From assembly GCF_009914755.1 (NCBI RefSeq), contig NC_060929.1: a stretch of DNA of 64,000 nt; one strand, given 5' to 3'. This document shows positions 34,240 through 48,835 of the stretch, piece after piece. The position numbers were made by a program, and so were the translations under genes. The notes beneath the pieces were generated by a model that was not told the DNA's origin, did not search any database, and saw only the letters and a program-made list of their open reading frames with translations. Origin of the DNA: the human T2T-CHM13v2.0 reference genome, Homo sapiens. Each line of letters opens with the position of its first letter. The first letter of the stretch is position 1.

Positions 34240-35410
34240 TAGTATTTTAACTAGTAAAGCCCAGGTGGAAAAGTGAGATGGTTTGCCAGTGTAAGAGCCA
34301 CCTCCTGCTCAGCTCTGCCTTCTGAGCCTACAAAAGTTGGGTTCTGATAGAAACAGACTCTGGGAACAAAATCTACTCTAAGTTACCCAGAGATGCCTGT
34401 TCCAATGAATCCTGAGTTAAAATTCATGCCTACGTCATTATCACGGACAGTTTAGAAGCTCTGCTTCACATCATCTGGGAAAATTTTACTGTGGAATTCT
34501 TAAAACATTGATATTCATGGCATTCCCAGATAAATTAGATCACAGTCTCTGGGCATAGAGACCCAGGTATCAATATATTTTAAAGATTCCTAAATCATTT
34601 CAATATACTGACCTATGTGAGGTGCGATGGTTTACTTTAACAACGCTTTATCTGCTTAAAGAAATACCAAGTGGGTTAGACTTGAGCTGGAAGAAAAATA
34701 GAGAATAATTTGGCCACATCATTTTATTATAATGATTAGAAAACTGAGGGCAAGAAAGAGAGTTTGACTTGTCTAATTGTGAAATAGCTGGAGGGGACAA
34801 AGCTGGCACCAGGAAAGATCTAGCATGAGACTGTAATGCCTTATTCCTAGAGATTACCTGTGTTTGTTTTTAAAAACCATTTTTTAAAAACAGGATGTAC
34901 AAAGCCCATTACATGGGGACTGAACCAAGAATGCCTTCCATTTAGCAGATATACCAAGCAAAAGAACAAGAAGATAGCTTAGCAGGGTAATTTGAACATG
35001 GTATTTTATAGATGTTTTCTGAATCAAAATAGAAAAAGGATCTTACATGGTCTCATTATACATTGTCACTAGATTCCTTTTTGCCTAGGTAGCAGGAGTT
35101 ACTTGGTCAAACTGTCTCATTAATATTGATTTGGCTGCTTTGCCTAGGTCTGAGACTTGCAGATCAAAGCATTTAAATTTATTTCGGTACATTCTCTACT
35201 ATTCAGTGTTTGGCCTTTTAGTTTTAGTTTTTTTGGAATTTTTTTTTTTTTTTTTGAGCATGATAGGAAGTCTAAGCTCTTGAATTGGCAACTTTCAATA
35301 CTCTGGACTCATTATAACCCATCCTAATTTTGTACCCACCTCTACCCATTTTGTTTTTTTTAATAACTTGTTATTAAGAATGTCTCTTATTGGAGCATAA
35401 GAAACAGTCC

Positions 35411-36438
<1,028 letters not shown>

Positions 36439-38735
36439 TGAAAGTGTTCACAAGTTGAACAGAAGTATTAAGGTTATGATCAATTTTGCAATTGTATTTT
36501 TGCTTTGTTGTTTCAGCACAAGGGCTATTAGTTTGAACACTTAACTGCACTAAAGTTGGAAAAAATAGAAAGTGTAGTCTTCACAGTGAGAACATGTTCT
36601 GGCCTCTCGGCAAAGCTGGGTGTAAGTTAATATGCTTGTATGAACACAGACATGCAGAGACAATTGATTCTAGAATCCCTCTTTACACTTATTCAGCTTC
36701 TAAGAAAGAGAGCAGTGTCAGAATGTCCTTTTGGTCTTTTGATCACGTGGAATTTTTGTGAATATGGACATATGAGGCTTGAGGTTGAATTAATTGGCAT
36801 TAGAGAGTATACACCCATTTCAGCTTTAATGTGGGAGAAGAAACATATTCCACCCCAGTTCTCAAGTATAACCTCCTCTGGCTTAGACTACACAGAACAG
36901 GAATCCAACTTTCTCCTTTAACTCACTTCTACAAAGGAAAGGAAGTGACATTGAAACTTCAGGGAAACTACAGAGGTTAAAAATCACATTTCTGTCATTG
37001 CCTTACATTGCTGGCACTGAATCATTTGGGCTATGACCTGCTTTACATCAGGGACCATTTGGTACGTGAGTTTCATATATCTCAAGCAAGCTGGGTAGGA
37101 CAATGTTGTGGGCACAACTTGACAAGGAAAAGACAATGGGGAATTACAGTCTAGCGCATAGCATGCTGCAACATAGCTTTTGCAGAGCTCTGTATTTGGA
37201 GGTTGCTAGGCACCTATGCCCATGCATAATTCTTTCCTTATATGGTATGTCTTTCCTTATGTGCTGTTCTCCATTTTGTACTTGTCCCTGGGAAGTGATG
37301 TAGGGAAGAGAGATTGGCAAGGTAATGACTACAACCTTGAGCCCAGAGTTGTGATATTAAATGTCATCTCGAACCACCTCACTAGCTGCTTCTCTTTCTA
37401 CTTAGAGAAATATCAAGTCACCTATGGAAGAAGCCATGAGTGATTCCCATTACTTCTGAGGAAAAGCTATTATGAAACCATTGTTCTGGGAAAAAGGATA
37501 ATATGGCTTTATTATGGGGTTGGAAGAGTTTGGCAAAGGCTACTCTTTCCCATATACTTTAGGCTTTAAAGCTCAAAGGTATCTGGGAAGCTGGTGAACA
37601 AGTCTATAGAGTAAGCTGAGGCACTTCTGGGAAATGATCAATGGGCTGAAGTGGTCTGACACAGTGGAGAGGGCCCAAGGGAAGAATTCCCATAACAGGA
37701 AGGTAGGCAGTCTTAACTAAAGACCTGGCACAAGCATTAGGTGTCCAATCTGACCCAGCCAAGCAGACTCGGGCAGCATGGGCATGCCTTGGTGCAGTGG
37801 CTGGTGGGTGGCATGCATTATCACACTGAAAGAGCCGTGTGACCAGAGGGCCTGTAGGGACATGGCGGAACTCTACTGAGCACTTCCCATACCTGGAGAC
37901 ACTACTGCAGGACCACAGATGGCCAAACCTGCCCCGCTCACCAGAGCACTTTCTTCAGTGGCTAAAACCCACCAGGTTTTGGTGGTAGCCCAGTCACTTG
38001 CACTAGGTGACTGTGATGAGGCTGAAGACTTCACACCATGGTGACAACAGCAGGAAGGGACCCTCATAGGAGACCCCAAGACCAGGAAGGCTTGGTATTT
38101 CTAGTTTTGAAGTGATATTAATCAGAACATATACCAAGAAAGCACTTTTGGAAGAAGATTTTAGAAAGCTAAAGTGTTCATAGGCAACTGGAATGGGTCA
38201 ATAGAATAAACCCGTTTTAAAATTTGAATTTAGAAGAACTTTATTTTGTATCATTAGATGGTAAAGTAGGATATTATATTTCATTCTGCTTCCCTCCCAT
38301 CCTAAATCCAAGGGCATACAATTTTCTAAAGAACGAACAACTTACATGAAAAATATTAGAGTTTTAATATTAAAAAAAACTACTACTGACATAGAAACCT
38401 CTAGAATTTTTCTATTGCAGTGTCTTTGGGGCAGTGACTTGAAGAGAAGCACTCTGGAACTGATACAAAACACAGTAAATGCATGAGTTTTACTTTAAAT
38501 TTGGCATCTAAATATACAATGTATTATGCTTGATCCTGGCAGGAAAAGGTAGTCAAAAAGTTAAGACTCAGAGGCAACGCACTCACACCATTCATAGCTT
38601 TTACTACAATCCTCCCTCATCATATACTGACCCAAACTGACCCAGCAAATGTTTTACTGTTTTCATGTCTGTCCTTTCTAAGCTAGGTTAGATATTTCTA
38701 CCAAAAATAACTCCTCTTCCTATTTCCATGCTAGG

Positions 38736-39021
<286 letters not shown>

Positions 39022-42000
39022 CACCATGCTAGTTTTAAAATGAATGATACAAATAATCTTGGCAGTTTGTTCCTAGAATATACAACATTAGGTTGTGCAT
39101 TCTCATCCCCGTATGAAATAATCCTGAATTAAGTCAACATAGATGTGCAGCATACCTCACTCGTGGACTTCAGGATACAATCATTTCTTCATCCACGTCC
39201 CTCTGTGACTTCACCTATGACGCATATGCATATAAATCCTAATTATTGAATACTTCCCACTTTCTATTCAAGTGCCATGACAGTAGTCAGCTTGAAACTC
39301 TATGCGGATGTTAGAAGAGTTTTTAAAAAGCATGTAATTTAGAAGCATCTGTGCTATAAACATTAAGCTATAAATGAAGGGCTACGTACACTAGTAGAAT
39401 TATTTTATGATATATACCACACCAGGGCACTTTAAAACAAGCAGGTAATCTTAAACTTCTCCTCTTCCGAAAACCAGTGCAAGAAATACTGCCTGATATT
39501 TGGTTTCTTCTTTAATAGCCTGGCTAAATTATATAAAATCCCAATGTGGTTTCCCTTTCCAGGAAAAGCCCCATATTTATATAATCCTCAAAGCCATTGC
39601 TTGAGTGTTGCTGTACCCTTTCTTGCAACTCATGTTTCAAGGACACACTGTTTAAAGAGTTTGAAGGAAGAAGAATCCAGCTGCCTTGTAAATCAGCACA
39701 GAGCAAACTAGGGTGTACATAGTGATTGTATACAGACAGGTGGAACGTATTTTTTGTTGCATTTCTGTATAGAGAGCAAAACCATGAAAACACTTCTTAC
39801 AGTTATGCAGACTCAAAACAAGATCAGTTTAACTAATCTAATTCGAATATGTTGTCTCTAGGTTCTAGGTGGCATGTCCTTTGTTTTGATATTCAACCTA
39901 CCCATAGAGTTGGCATTAACCTTCCATGAGAGACTTGCCGCTGGGTCACATTTCCACATCTGATATGATCTATTCGAGTTGGGGAAGACATCCACAACCA
40001 ACATGGCAGTTAGGCTTCATCTCCAGGAATATTGGTGGCCTTGCTAATCCCAGTGGCTATGAATAGCTATGTTTGTTTTGATTTGAAACTGCTTACTATT
40101 TACTGTCATCTGGTGTGCTCAAAATATTATCATTTAAAAAATGGTTCTTCATGATTTAGTTAATTTCCTTTAGACAAGACATGGTTGCTTTCAAATTAGA
40201 TGAAGGAAAAAGGAGTCATTTAAAAACAAAAAGTGACTTGATATTTATTTGTCAAATTTCAGGTTTGCAGAGAACCAGCAGCCTGACAACCAGCCATCTC
40301 TCCTCTTGATACCAGTGTTCAAGCAGGCTGAAGGTCAGAATCTTGGCAGTTTGTTTCCTAGAATATACAACATCAGACTGTGCTTCCTAAAAGTCCAGGA
40401 GAGTTCTTCTACGAGTAAGAATATATTCCTTATTTGCTTATTTCTTGGTTACTGGACAAATTAGATAGGTTAATGGATAAGAAACCCCTGGGTAATTTTC
40501 GTTTTTTGTATACAAGGGAGAGAGGTGAATCTGTCAAATTGGTGTCTTGCTTTTTGTGATCATATAATAATACCACATGAGTCGAATTCCAGATCCAAAA
40601 GAAGGCCTCCCAATAGTTAGCCTACCTGCTTGAAATTGTGCTTATGATTATTAAAAAAAAAAAAACTCTAAAAAGCTGCTGCAGATTGAGTACAAGATGA
40701 ACAAAATTGGCAGAAATGCACAAGTATTCTTGAGCTAAAGTTCACATCTGTCATTATTCTCTCATCTGTTGGGAAATAGTATTGGAACAAATATGTTTTG
40801 TGGGAATAAATAAATGCACTTTTAAACTGAGGGATGTAAAAATTCCAAATGACAGTATTCTACTTTATACTGAAGTAAACAGATTAGTTGTTGCACAATT
40901 GGAGCATTTACATTGAACAACAAAGTGTTCTAATGTATTGAAATATCTGTATACAGTTCAGTAACTGCAGAAATAGATGAGCATAGAAAGGTTCACTTAT
41001 TAATACAATAAAACACCGACTTAATATCAGAATTTTGCTTATAAAGTCTGTAAGTGAGACAGGTTTTGTTTCATGAATTCTTTATATAAATCCAAGTTTA
41101 CATACCTAAAATCACACCTGTTAGTATCATGTAAGTAATCACCATTGACTGGTCTACCCTTTCACAAACATGGCTAGACATCTATCTTTGGGATCAGGAA
41201 GCACACTCAGCAAGTTTGGAAGCATAATTCAAGGAACCTTGTGTCTAGTAGAGATTTCAGAAAAGAACCACCCCTTGGTGACCCCAACCATTAAACATTG
41301 TTCCTAATCCAGAGAAGACCTCAGGAATTCAATTTCTATACCACTTTTCACAAGTCATTTAGATGACCTCTACAGATAAGATTAAAGTGAATGATAGTGT
41401 TTCGGAGAACTAAGACTTCTTAGGAAGGAATATATATTAAATAGCTCACACATCTTCTTTCTTGGTTGTAATACTCCAAGAACACAAGGACAGATCTCAA
41501 GTTTCACCTTAATCTGTACAGATTTCAGAAAGTTTATTCTAGGATTTATAGAGGGACTTTGAAGATTTTCTAATATGTACACTCCACTGGATTGTTTTCT
41601 TTGGTCATCTATTTTAGTCATCTCTAATTAATCCAGGGCTGGGGAAGGGGAAAAAATAAACTTTGTATGAGTTGCATAAAAACAAGATATCCTAGAAAAG
41701 CTACCTGGTTATGTCATCAGCTAACAGTTTCAAAGGCTCAAGTCTTGACTACTCCATTTACATTTTTTAAGATAAGCTCTTGAGATGGTATTAACCATTT
41801 TGGTATTAACAAATTTTGAGGATCGTAGAAAAATCTAGTTTTCTTTCCCAAAGGCAACATCATATTCTTTTTACTTTTGATCTGGACATAATCTGTAAGA
41901 TTGAAGTAATTAGTATCTTAACTTTATATTAATATGAAGTAATAGCCCATGCAAGATGTTGTTTCTTATAAACCTTATAGTACTAGCCTGATAAACAACT

Positions 42001-45000
42001 CTGTTGGGATATTTTAAAAGGCAATGATGCACTAATTAAACAAATCATTAAATCATAGGGTACCAAATAAACTGCTACTTCCCTAAGGGCTTAACTTATT
42101 TGACATGAAAAATTTATATACTAGGACAATTGAGTTTTTCTGGTTTTCTAAGCTGTAAAGACTCATTTATTAGATCTATGTGTGTATCTTTTAATATGTG
42201 TTATTCAAAATCATCTCCAGCTGTAGATAATTTTACAGTGCATCTAGTACTGGCCAGCTCTTTACTCCTTCCATGTTAAATGAGTTTGGTTTATGTTAAT
42301 GTTGAGATTACTGTATTGTCTAACCTGCTTAAAAAAAAAAACTATGAATTATATTGTTTTCTAGTTTGCAGAGTATTGGCTAGAAATTGTATTGAGTATT
42401 TTTCCTTTTCACTAAAATTTATCATTTACATACCTGCCTAGCCCTCAGTGTCACACATATCACATTAATGGTCCAGGTTTGACTTTAGGCAAAAGGTTGG
42501 TTAAAAAATCTGACTTAACACTGGGAGACTTTCCCAGAGTAAGCAGATGGGATGAGGGTTCTTCTTTCTCCAGGCCTGTTGAATGCACACCAGTCTTTAA
42601 GTTAACTAATCATGGGGGTACCACTCTGGTTTATAGTTCTAGCATGAGGCGAACTAATAGGAATGGTTCTTTATCAAATGACACTTAGCTGAGTGTCAGC
42701 TGAGACCTCTTGGCCCTTTATGAAATACTCATATTTATATTGAACTAAAAAAAGGTTTCTGGTTAGTCTACCCGGGAATGTCAACATCAATGAGTCATAA
42801 TAAAGGAAGTTTCCTTGGTTCATAAAAAACATAATACTTAAGCAAGATGTTTCATTAGCTTTTATTTTCTTTCAGAGCAGTCTCCTCTGTTCTCTGAACC
42901 ACTAATGACCTGCTGCAAAACTCTGTACCTATTAGCAATTGCCATTTCAATACTTAAGGGAAATGTGGGATGGACACAAGTGATTAGATAGGGGCTCCAT
43001 TTGTAGCCTCTCTGTATGCTTCTTACTATGGTCATTAAATAAAAGTAACTTGATTTGGTCCTTGAAGCCTTGGAGGATCCACTCCATGGTAACATGTGCT
43101 ATTTTCTAGTCCTCCTATGTAGGCATTTTTAGCATCAGAGAATGCAATTCGATCATTTGTTTCCTTAGCTGAACGCTATAGCCCTGTGCAAAGACAAGTC
43201 TTCTTTGAAAGCCACTATTAAGTTCCTAATCCAATCTTTATTAAAAAGACTCAATATTGCAGACAAGGAAGTTAAGACAAATCCTCCAAAAGTAATGACC
43301 AAGCCCTTCCATTCTCCACAGGAGCCTTTTAGTAAAGCAAAATGTGAAATCAGAAAAATATTTACAGTTGCAGTGTTTTTTTAACTAGCAATGTGTTCCT
43401 TAATTAACATACTACAGAAGCATATGAACAATTAGTTCCATCAAGGAAAACAGTGAGAGAAACAACACTACCAAGTTTGCATAGTACCTCCAAAATAAGC
43501 AAAGTTCTACTTTTAGAGTTAATTATCAGAGGTGAGATGTGAATAAAGTTCCCTTCTCCGAGTCTGTCATTCGCTCTCAGAGCTGGGGCGGTTTCCTACC
43601 CTAAATGCTATTTTATATTTGCACCTGGGTCCAAAACATTCCCTTAAGGGGGAAAAAAACAAATGTCTTTGACTCTTAAGAGTATGTCATTTCCCTTATA
43701 TTGTGCATGGCCAGAGAGATGACGCAAATGGTAGGCCACTAGCTACCCTAGATTTTGCTGTGAAACCATGATTATGACAAAACTTGAAAAGCCTGCAGAC
43801 ACTGACAGCCTTTTTTGTTGTTGTTGTTTAGAGCACATGGGGGTCTGGTGATTGATCCCAACTTAAAGCCATTGCAATTTAGAGACTAGAAACCAAGTTT
43901 GCCCCTGAATTCCAGTGATCTTTACCAGCAAGTTAATTCATGTAATCAAAACTGCATCCCTACTAAGTGCCAGGCATTCTTCTAGAGCTTAGGATATACC
44001 AGTGAGCAAAATAAAGATTTGTTCCCTTATATGTTTTACTATCTAACAGGGAGCAAAACATAAGTGGAGTATAGACTTTCAGAAGATGAAAAATGCTCTG
44101 GGGTGAAAGGAGAGTAGAGGAAAATAGATTTGGGAATCCAGGACTGAGAATGTCCTGGACATGTTCCTTAGAAACACAGAATATTAGATTTTTAAAAGTT
44201 AAATTTACCTAATGTTTATTATATACCAGATGTGATGCTAAGACATTATCATTTAATCCTGGACAGTATCATCCCTATTTGACAGGAGAGGAGGCTGAAG
44301 CACAGGAGTGAAGCAACAACCTGCAAGTCACACCAGCCTAATACATATGCTTTAATGTCTTTGCTTTACAACAAAAGAGATAATTAATTTAGTTCTTCAA
44401 AGACTGGGGCAACGTGCATAGCCAGAAAGTACTTTCAGGAAAGAGGAACTAATAGCAATGCGTAAAAGATATTCATGTCTGCTTGGCTATAATATAGGGC
44501 CTGTGCTGGGTTATACCAGGGGAAAAGTTAAAAGGTGGGTCAAACTGGATTAGGGTGGGCGATAGCACTCTGTTTTGTCTAGATGGGACTGGGAGGACTT
44601 TCAGGTTTTGAGTGATGGTGTGGAGGTTGGGGTGGTGACAAATCCGAGTACAGGGACACGGCATCAAAGAGTCAGAGAGCTCTGCAGTATGACAGTTGCA
44701 CAGACTTGCCCTTTGGAGTGATTCAACATTGCCGGTTTCTTTCAAATATTTGGCTAATCTTCTGGAAACAAAGGCTTTTAATTGAAAGGTTAAGGACTAA
44801 CAATCTCAAACATTAGATTCAAGGTTATCCCATCTTGCCAAGCTCTGATGCTTAGTGACCCTCAAACTTCAAATAAATATAATGTCTTAAAGGTGGCTTT
44901 TTAAAAAGTCAAAGGCCATTATGTCTTACACCCTACATTCTAAGATCGATTTCATCATACAAAAGGGCCCCCCTAATGTCTGCTTTATAGAAATGTATAT

Positions 45001-48000
45001 GAAGTGGAATGACATTTTGAAATGTGAGCTCCTTTAAAACAAAAAAAGAGCATCTTTTGTAAATGGCAGCTATTTACTAAGATAGTCCTGCATTTATAGC
45101 CTCTTGTATGAAGCAGAATGTATTAACATGATTTTTCCCAATTTATATATGTTTTTCCATAAAACTGTTGAAAGTCTGGAAAGACCAGTGCCAAGAAAAT
45201 GCTCATTAAGAAGGGCAGTAGGAAAGGAAAAGACAGATTTCTGCTTCTTATACATTTAGAATAAGTGATATTGGGGCGATGCGCTTTCTGTATTTTAAAA
45301 ATTAAATTCCTTAAAGATGTGCTAATTTGGTAGACAGCAAAGCTTAAAATGTAGGCATAAGTCTACAGTCTAACTTGGGCTAAAGACAGAATCATGAAGA
45401 TGCTCTAGGGTTCAGTCACTTTCAATTAAACTCAAAAGTGAAGGGAAACCACACATAGAACATAAGCATATCTGAAATCACATAGAACAGTGCCCATAGT
45501 CAGCTGTCAACACTTTCATCTTAGGCATCATTAAATGATAGCTAGGCAGAGTTGTTGGGGAAAGCTCCTGACATATGAAAAATTCAACAGTAAGTTTTCA
45601 GTCAAATGATAAGTAGAAGTCAAAAAACTCTTATTGTAGGATTTTCAAAGTTGGTCAGTGGATGGCCTATAGTTGGTTTCCAGCCTGGGGTTCTTGGAAA
45701 TGCTGGGGTCTGTGCAGACAGTAATGAGTTTGTGACCTAATTTTAGCATTTTAAAGAGCCTAATGGATATCTTAATTCACAATACAGCTGCACAGGGAAA
45801 TAAGAAACAAAACAAAACAAGATTCTTTGATTTGGGCAGAAATTGTGTTAAGTCAAAGCAATAGCCTTAATTATCCAGTGCTAAGCCAAAGGTCTTACCT
45901 ATTTTCTCAAATTTTATTAGTAATTTTATAAACAATTTGGTGGACACTTTTAAAAGGAGAAACAGAAGGAGAATAAGAAGTTGTTTGTGGATAAAGTATC
46001 AGGCTGAAATCTATTCACCACAATTCTTATTAGCCAGGTGATTACATCCATCAGGTCAGACAGATATATGAGCAATGATGAATACTCCATTGGTAGAAGT
46101 TAAACTAGCAACTTGGAAAGACCACACCATCTGGAGAATTTCAGTAACAGCTTGTCTGCCTTCCTCAGGCCCTGAGCAGATATAAACTAGAAGAACATAT
46201 GGATATTGCTCATTATAAATAACCTTAAAGTTAAAAAAAGGGGGGGGGGTGGTCAGAATTGTTTTACTTATACCAACAGATGATAAGGCAAGCTAAAGTT
46301 TTCCATTTTGCTCACTCTATAATAAATTGCAATTGATGTTGTAAATGAAAGTGGCTTGAGTTACTCACTCACCTGGCCATCTGGTTATTGTTTATTAAAC
46401 ACCTACTATTTGCCAAGCACTGCATTATCCTATGTATAGAGTGACAAAATAGACATGGTCTCTACTCTAAAGGGGCTTAGAGGTTAGGTAGGGGAGAAAG
46501 AACAAGCAGGTCACAGTTATAACTGATGCTATGTGTTTTGGAGGAATTGTTTCTGATTAGGGTAGAAAGCTTCATTGCTGTTAATAATACTTCATAAAAG
46601 GAAGAAAAAGTAGTATTACATCAAGGAATTATATATAAATTGCTGTATTGATATCAATTATGGAAAGATGCAAATGTTGTCTGAAGGGTTAATAACCCTC
46701 TTCAACAATTTTTAAATTATGACACAAATTGAGGGGATATTTACATTTAATATTTATGAGTCTCCTATAACCACGTTACAATCTGAAGGACCATCTGTAT
46801 GGCAGTAACAGAAGGAAGCAATTCTGTTATACCTGAGGGTATTGAAGAATTTCAGTGATGTTTCCTTCAGAGTTATCATAAGATCCAAAGTTCTGAATCA
46901 ACACTATCTTCATAAACACCAGAAGGAAACACTATGCTCATTTGGCATTCAGTCTGGCATTCACTTAAGAAGTACAAGCAATTCAGGGAACTTCTGTATT
47001 CTAGAACCAGACATGTTCTGTGGCACTTTTAATTACCAGATTTTCTAAGAATACAACGTGTCACTTTCAGATCAGGCCAAACATTGAACCTCAGATTTCA
47101 GTGAAACAATCTTATGAAAATGTAACCAAGGGTCCCTACAGCTTGCTTTAGTTATTTAAAGAGCACTACCAAGTCACAAGAGCATTATCAAGGGGCTACC
47201 AGGCAGCACTTGGTCAATGTCAGTCTTCAAGGAAATGGACTTCATGATCAATACAAGTAGTGAGCCCTCCACAAATGTTGGCTGCATGAAGTGTAAGAGT
47301 CCAGATCCTAACACAGAACATGGTTGTGCCCACTGTTTCTATGAAAGAGTTCTTGTGCAGAAAACTGAACATTTGCATCACTATACACTAAGTGGGAACA
47401 GCATTACAGAATGTACTTCGTATGCAGATATACCTAAAAGATCCACAACAGTACTGTCTGCAGCTTAGAATGAAGCTAAGATTTTATCCTAAACTGTTCA
47501 TGTTTAATGAATGAGTCAAACCTCTGAAAGTCTACTTTTCATAATTACCCTTTATTTTCACACCTCTCCTCCCTCCCCATCATATTTTTTTTTTTACTTA
47601 GTTCCAGCATTTTTCCTCAACCTTGCCTCACCGCCACCCTGAGTTCCTCCTCCCTAAAAAGCTATACCACGTTGTATCATACATGTCCCTCATGATTAGC
47701 GGACTTATATTATGGTGTTTGTTGATCTTTTCTACACACATAGCATAAGTACTCCTTAATATATTTAAAACACTTGAAGTGAAAAACAAACAAACAAACA
47801 ACTCTTTATGGGATGAGCTCTTTCTTCCATTTTCTCCAAAGGGCTTCAGTGAGAATCTAAGGTGTAAGAGACTCTGGTTGTAACTGATCTCCCTTTATGG
47901 CTAAATTTTTGTAGGAGTGTTTACTGGCCTCCTAGCTTTCCTGATTTTGAATTAATCAGGTATCGGTGTTCAATTCCTCCATTCACATTCAAGCTGAGAT

Positions 48001-48586
48001 TCAAAGCCCTTCTAATCAGGCTGTGGACTATACATATACATGGCCACCTGCTCTCTGAAGAGGCCGTTGTCTTCTGTTTCCCCTAAACAGACACATAGAC
48101 ACACCAGACCTTCTTATGTGGTCTGCTAGCCTGTAATATGTACTGCCTTCACCTTCTTGAATTTCGTGAAAACCTTCATTCCAAGGCCACTCAAGATGTG
48201 TGGTCTCAGGGAAGTCTTTACCGGCCTCTTACCAGCCATTTCCTCACATTTGCCATGACCTATCATTGCCCTCTGATTCATGTAGAGCTCTTCTCTCAAT
48301 TCAATAAAGCTTTTGGGATCCGAAAATTATTTGCCCTACTTTTCTAGGCTCGACACAGTCTGTTAATGAGCAGTGCGCTTAAAACATTAGGGGTAATAAA
48401 TATTTCTTTTTGCACCTTAATCTTAGGTTAAGCAACCCTTTTCTCTACTTTGATGATTTTTGAAGAAATATAGGCTTTTCTTCAACTACTAAGCAATCTC
48501 CACTCAAACACATTCTGCCAATAGAGCCAGGTTAAGTTATCCCAATCAGCATTTGGTTTTCCTGCTTTAATGACGGATCTGCTTGG

Positions 48587-48835
48587 CAAACACCGCATAT
48601 TCTCATTTGTAAGTGGGAGTTGAATAATGAGAACACATCAACACAGGGAGGGGAACATCACACACCGGCGCCTGGTTGGGGGGTAAGGGGAGGGATAGCA
48701 TTAGGAGAAATACCTAATGTAGGTGATGGGTTGATGGATGCAGCAAACCACCATGGCACATGTATACCTATGTAACAAAACTGCATGTTCTCCACATGTA
48801 CCCCAGAATCTAAAGTATAAAAATAAAAAAAAAAA
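48587..48835 (+). mobile_element. L1PA (L1PA7-like) 3' end fragment
   Basis: CAAACACCGCATATTCTC...GGGAGGGATAGCATTAGGAGAAATACCTAATG...TAAAGTATAAAAATAAAA. Confidence 0.88.
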
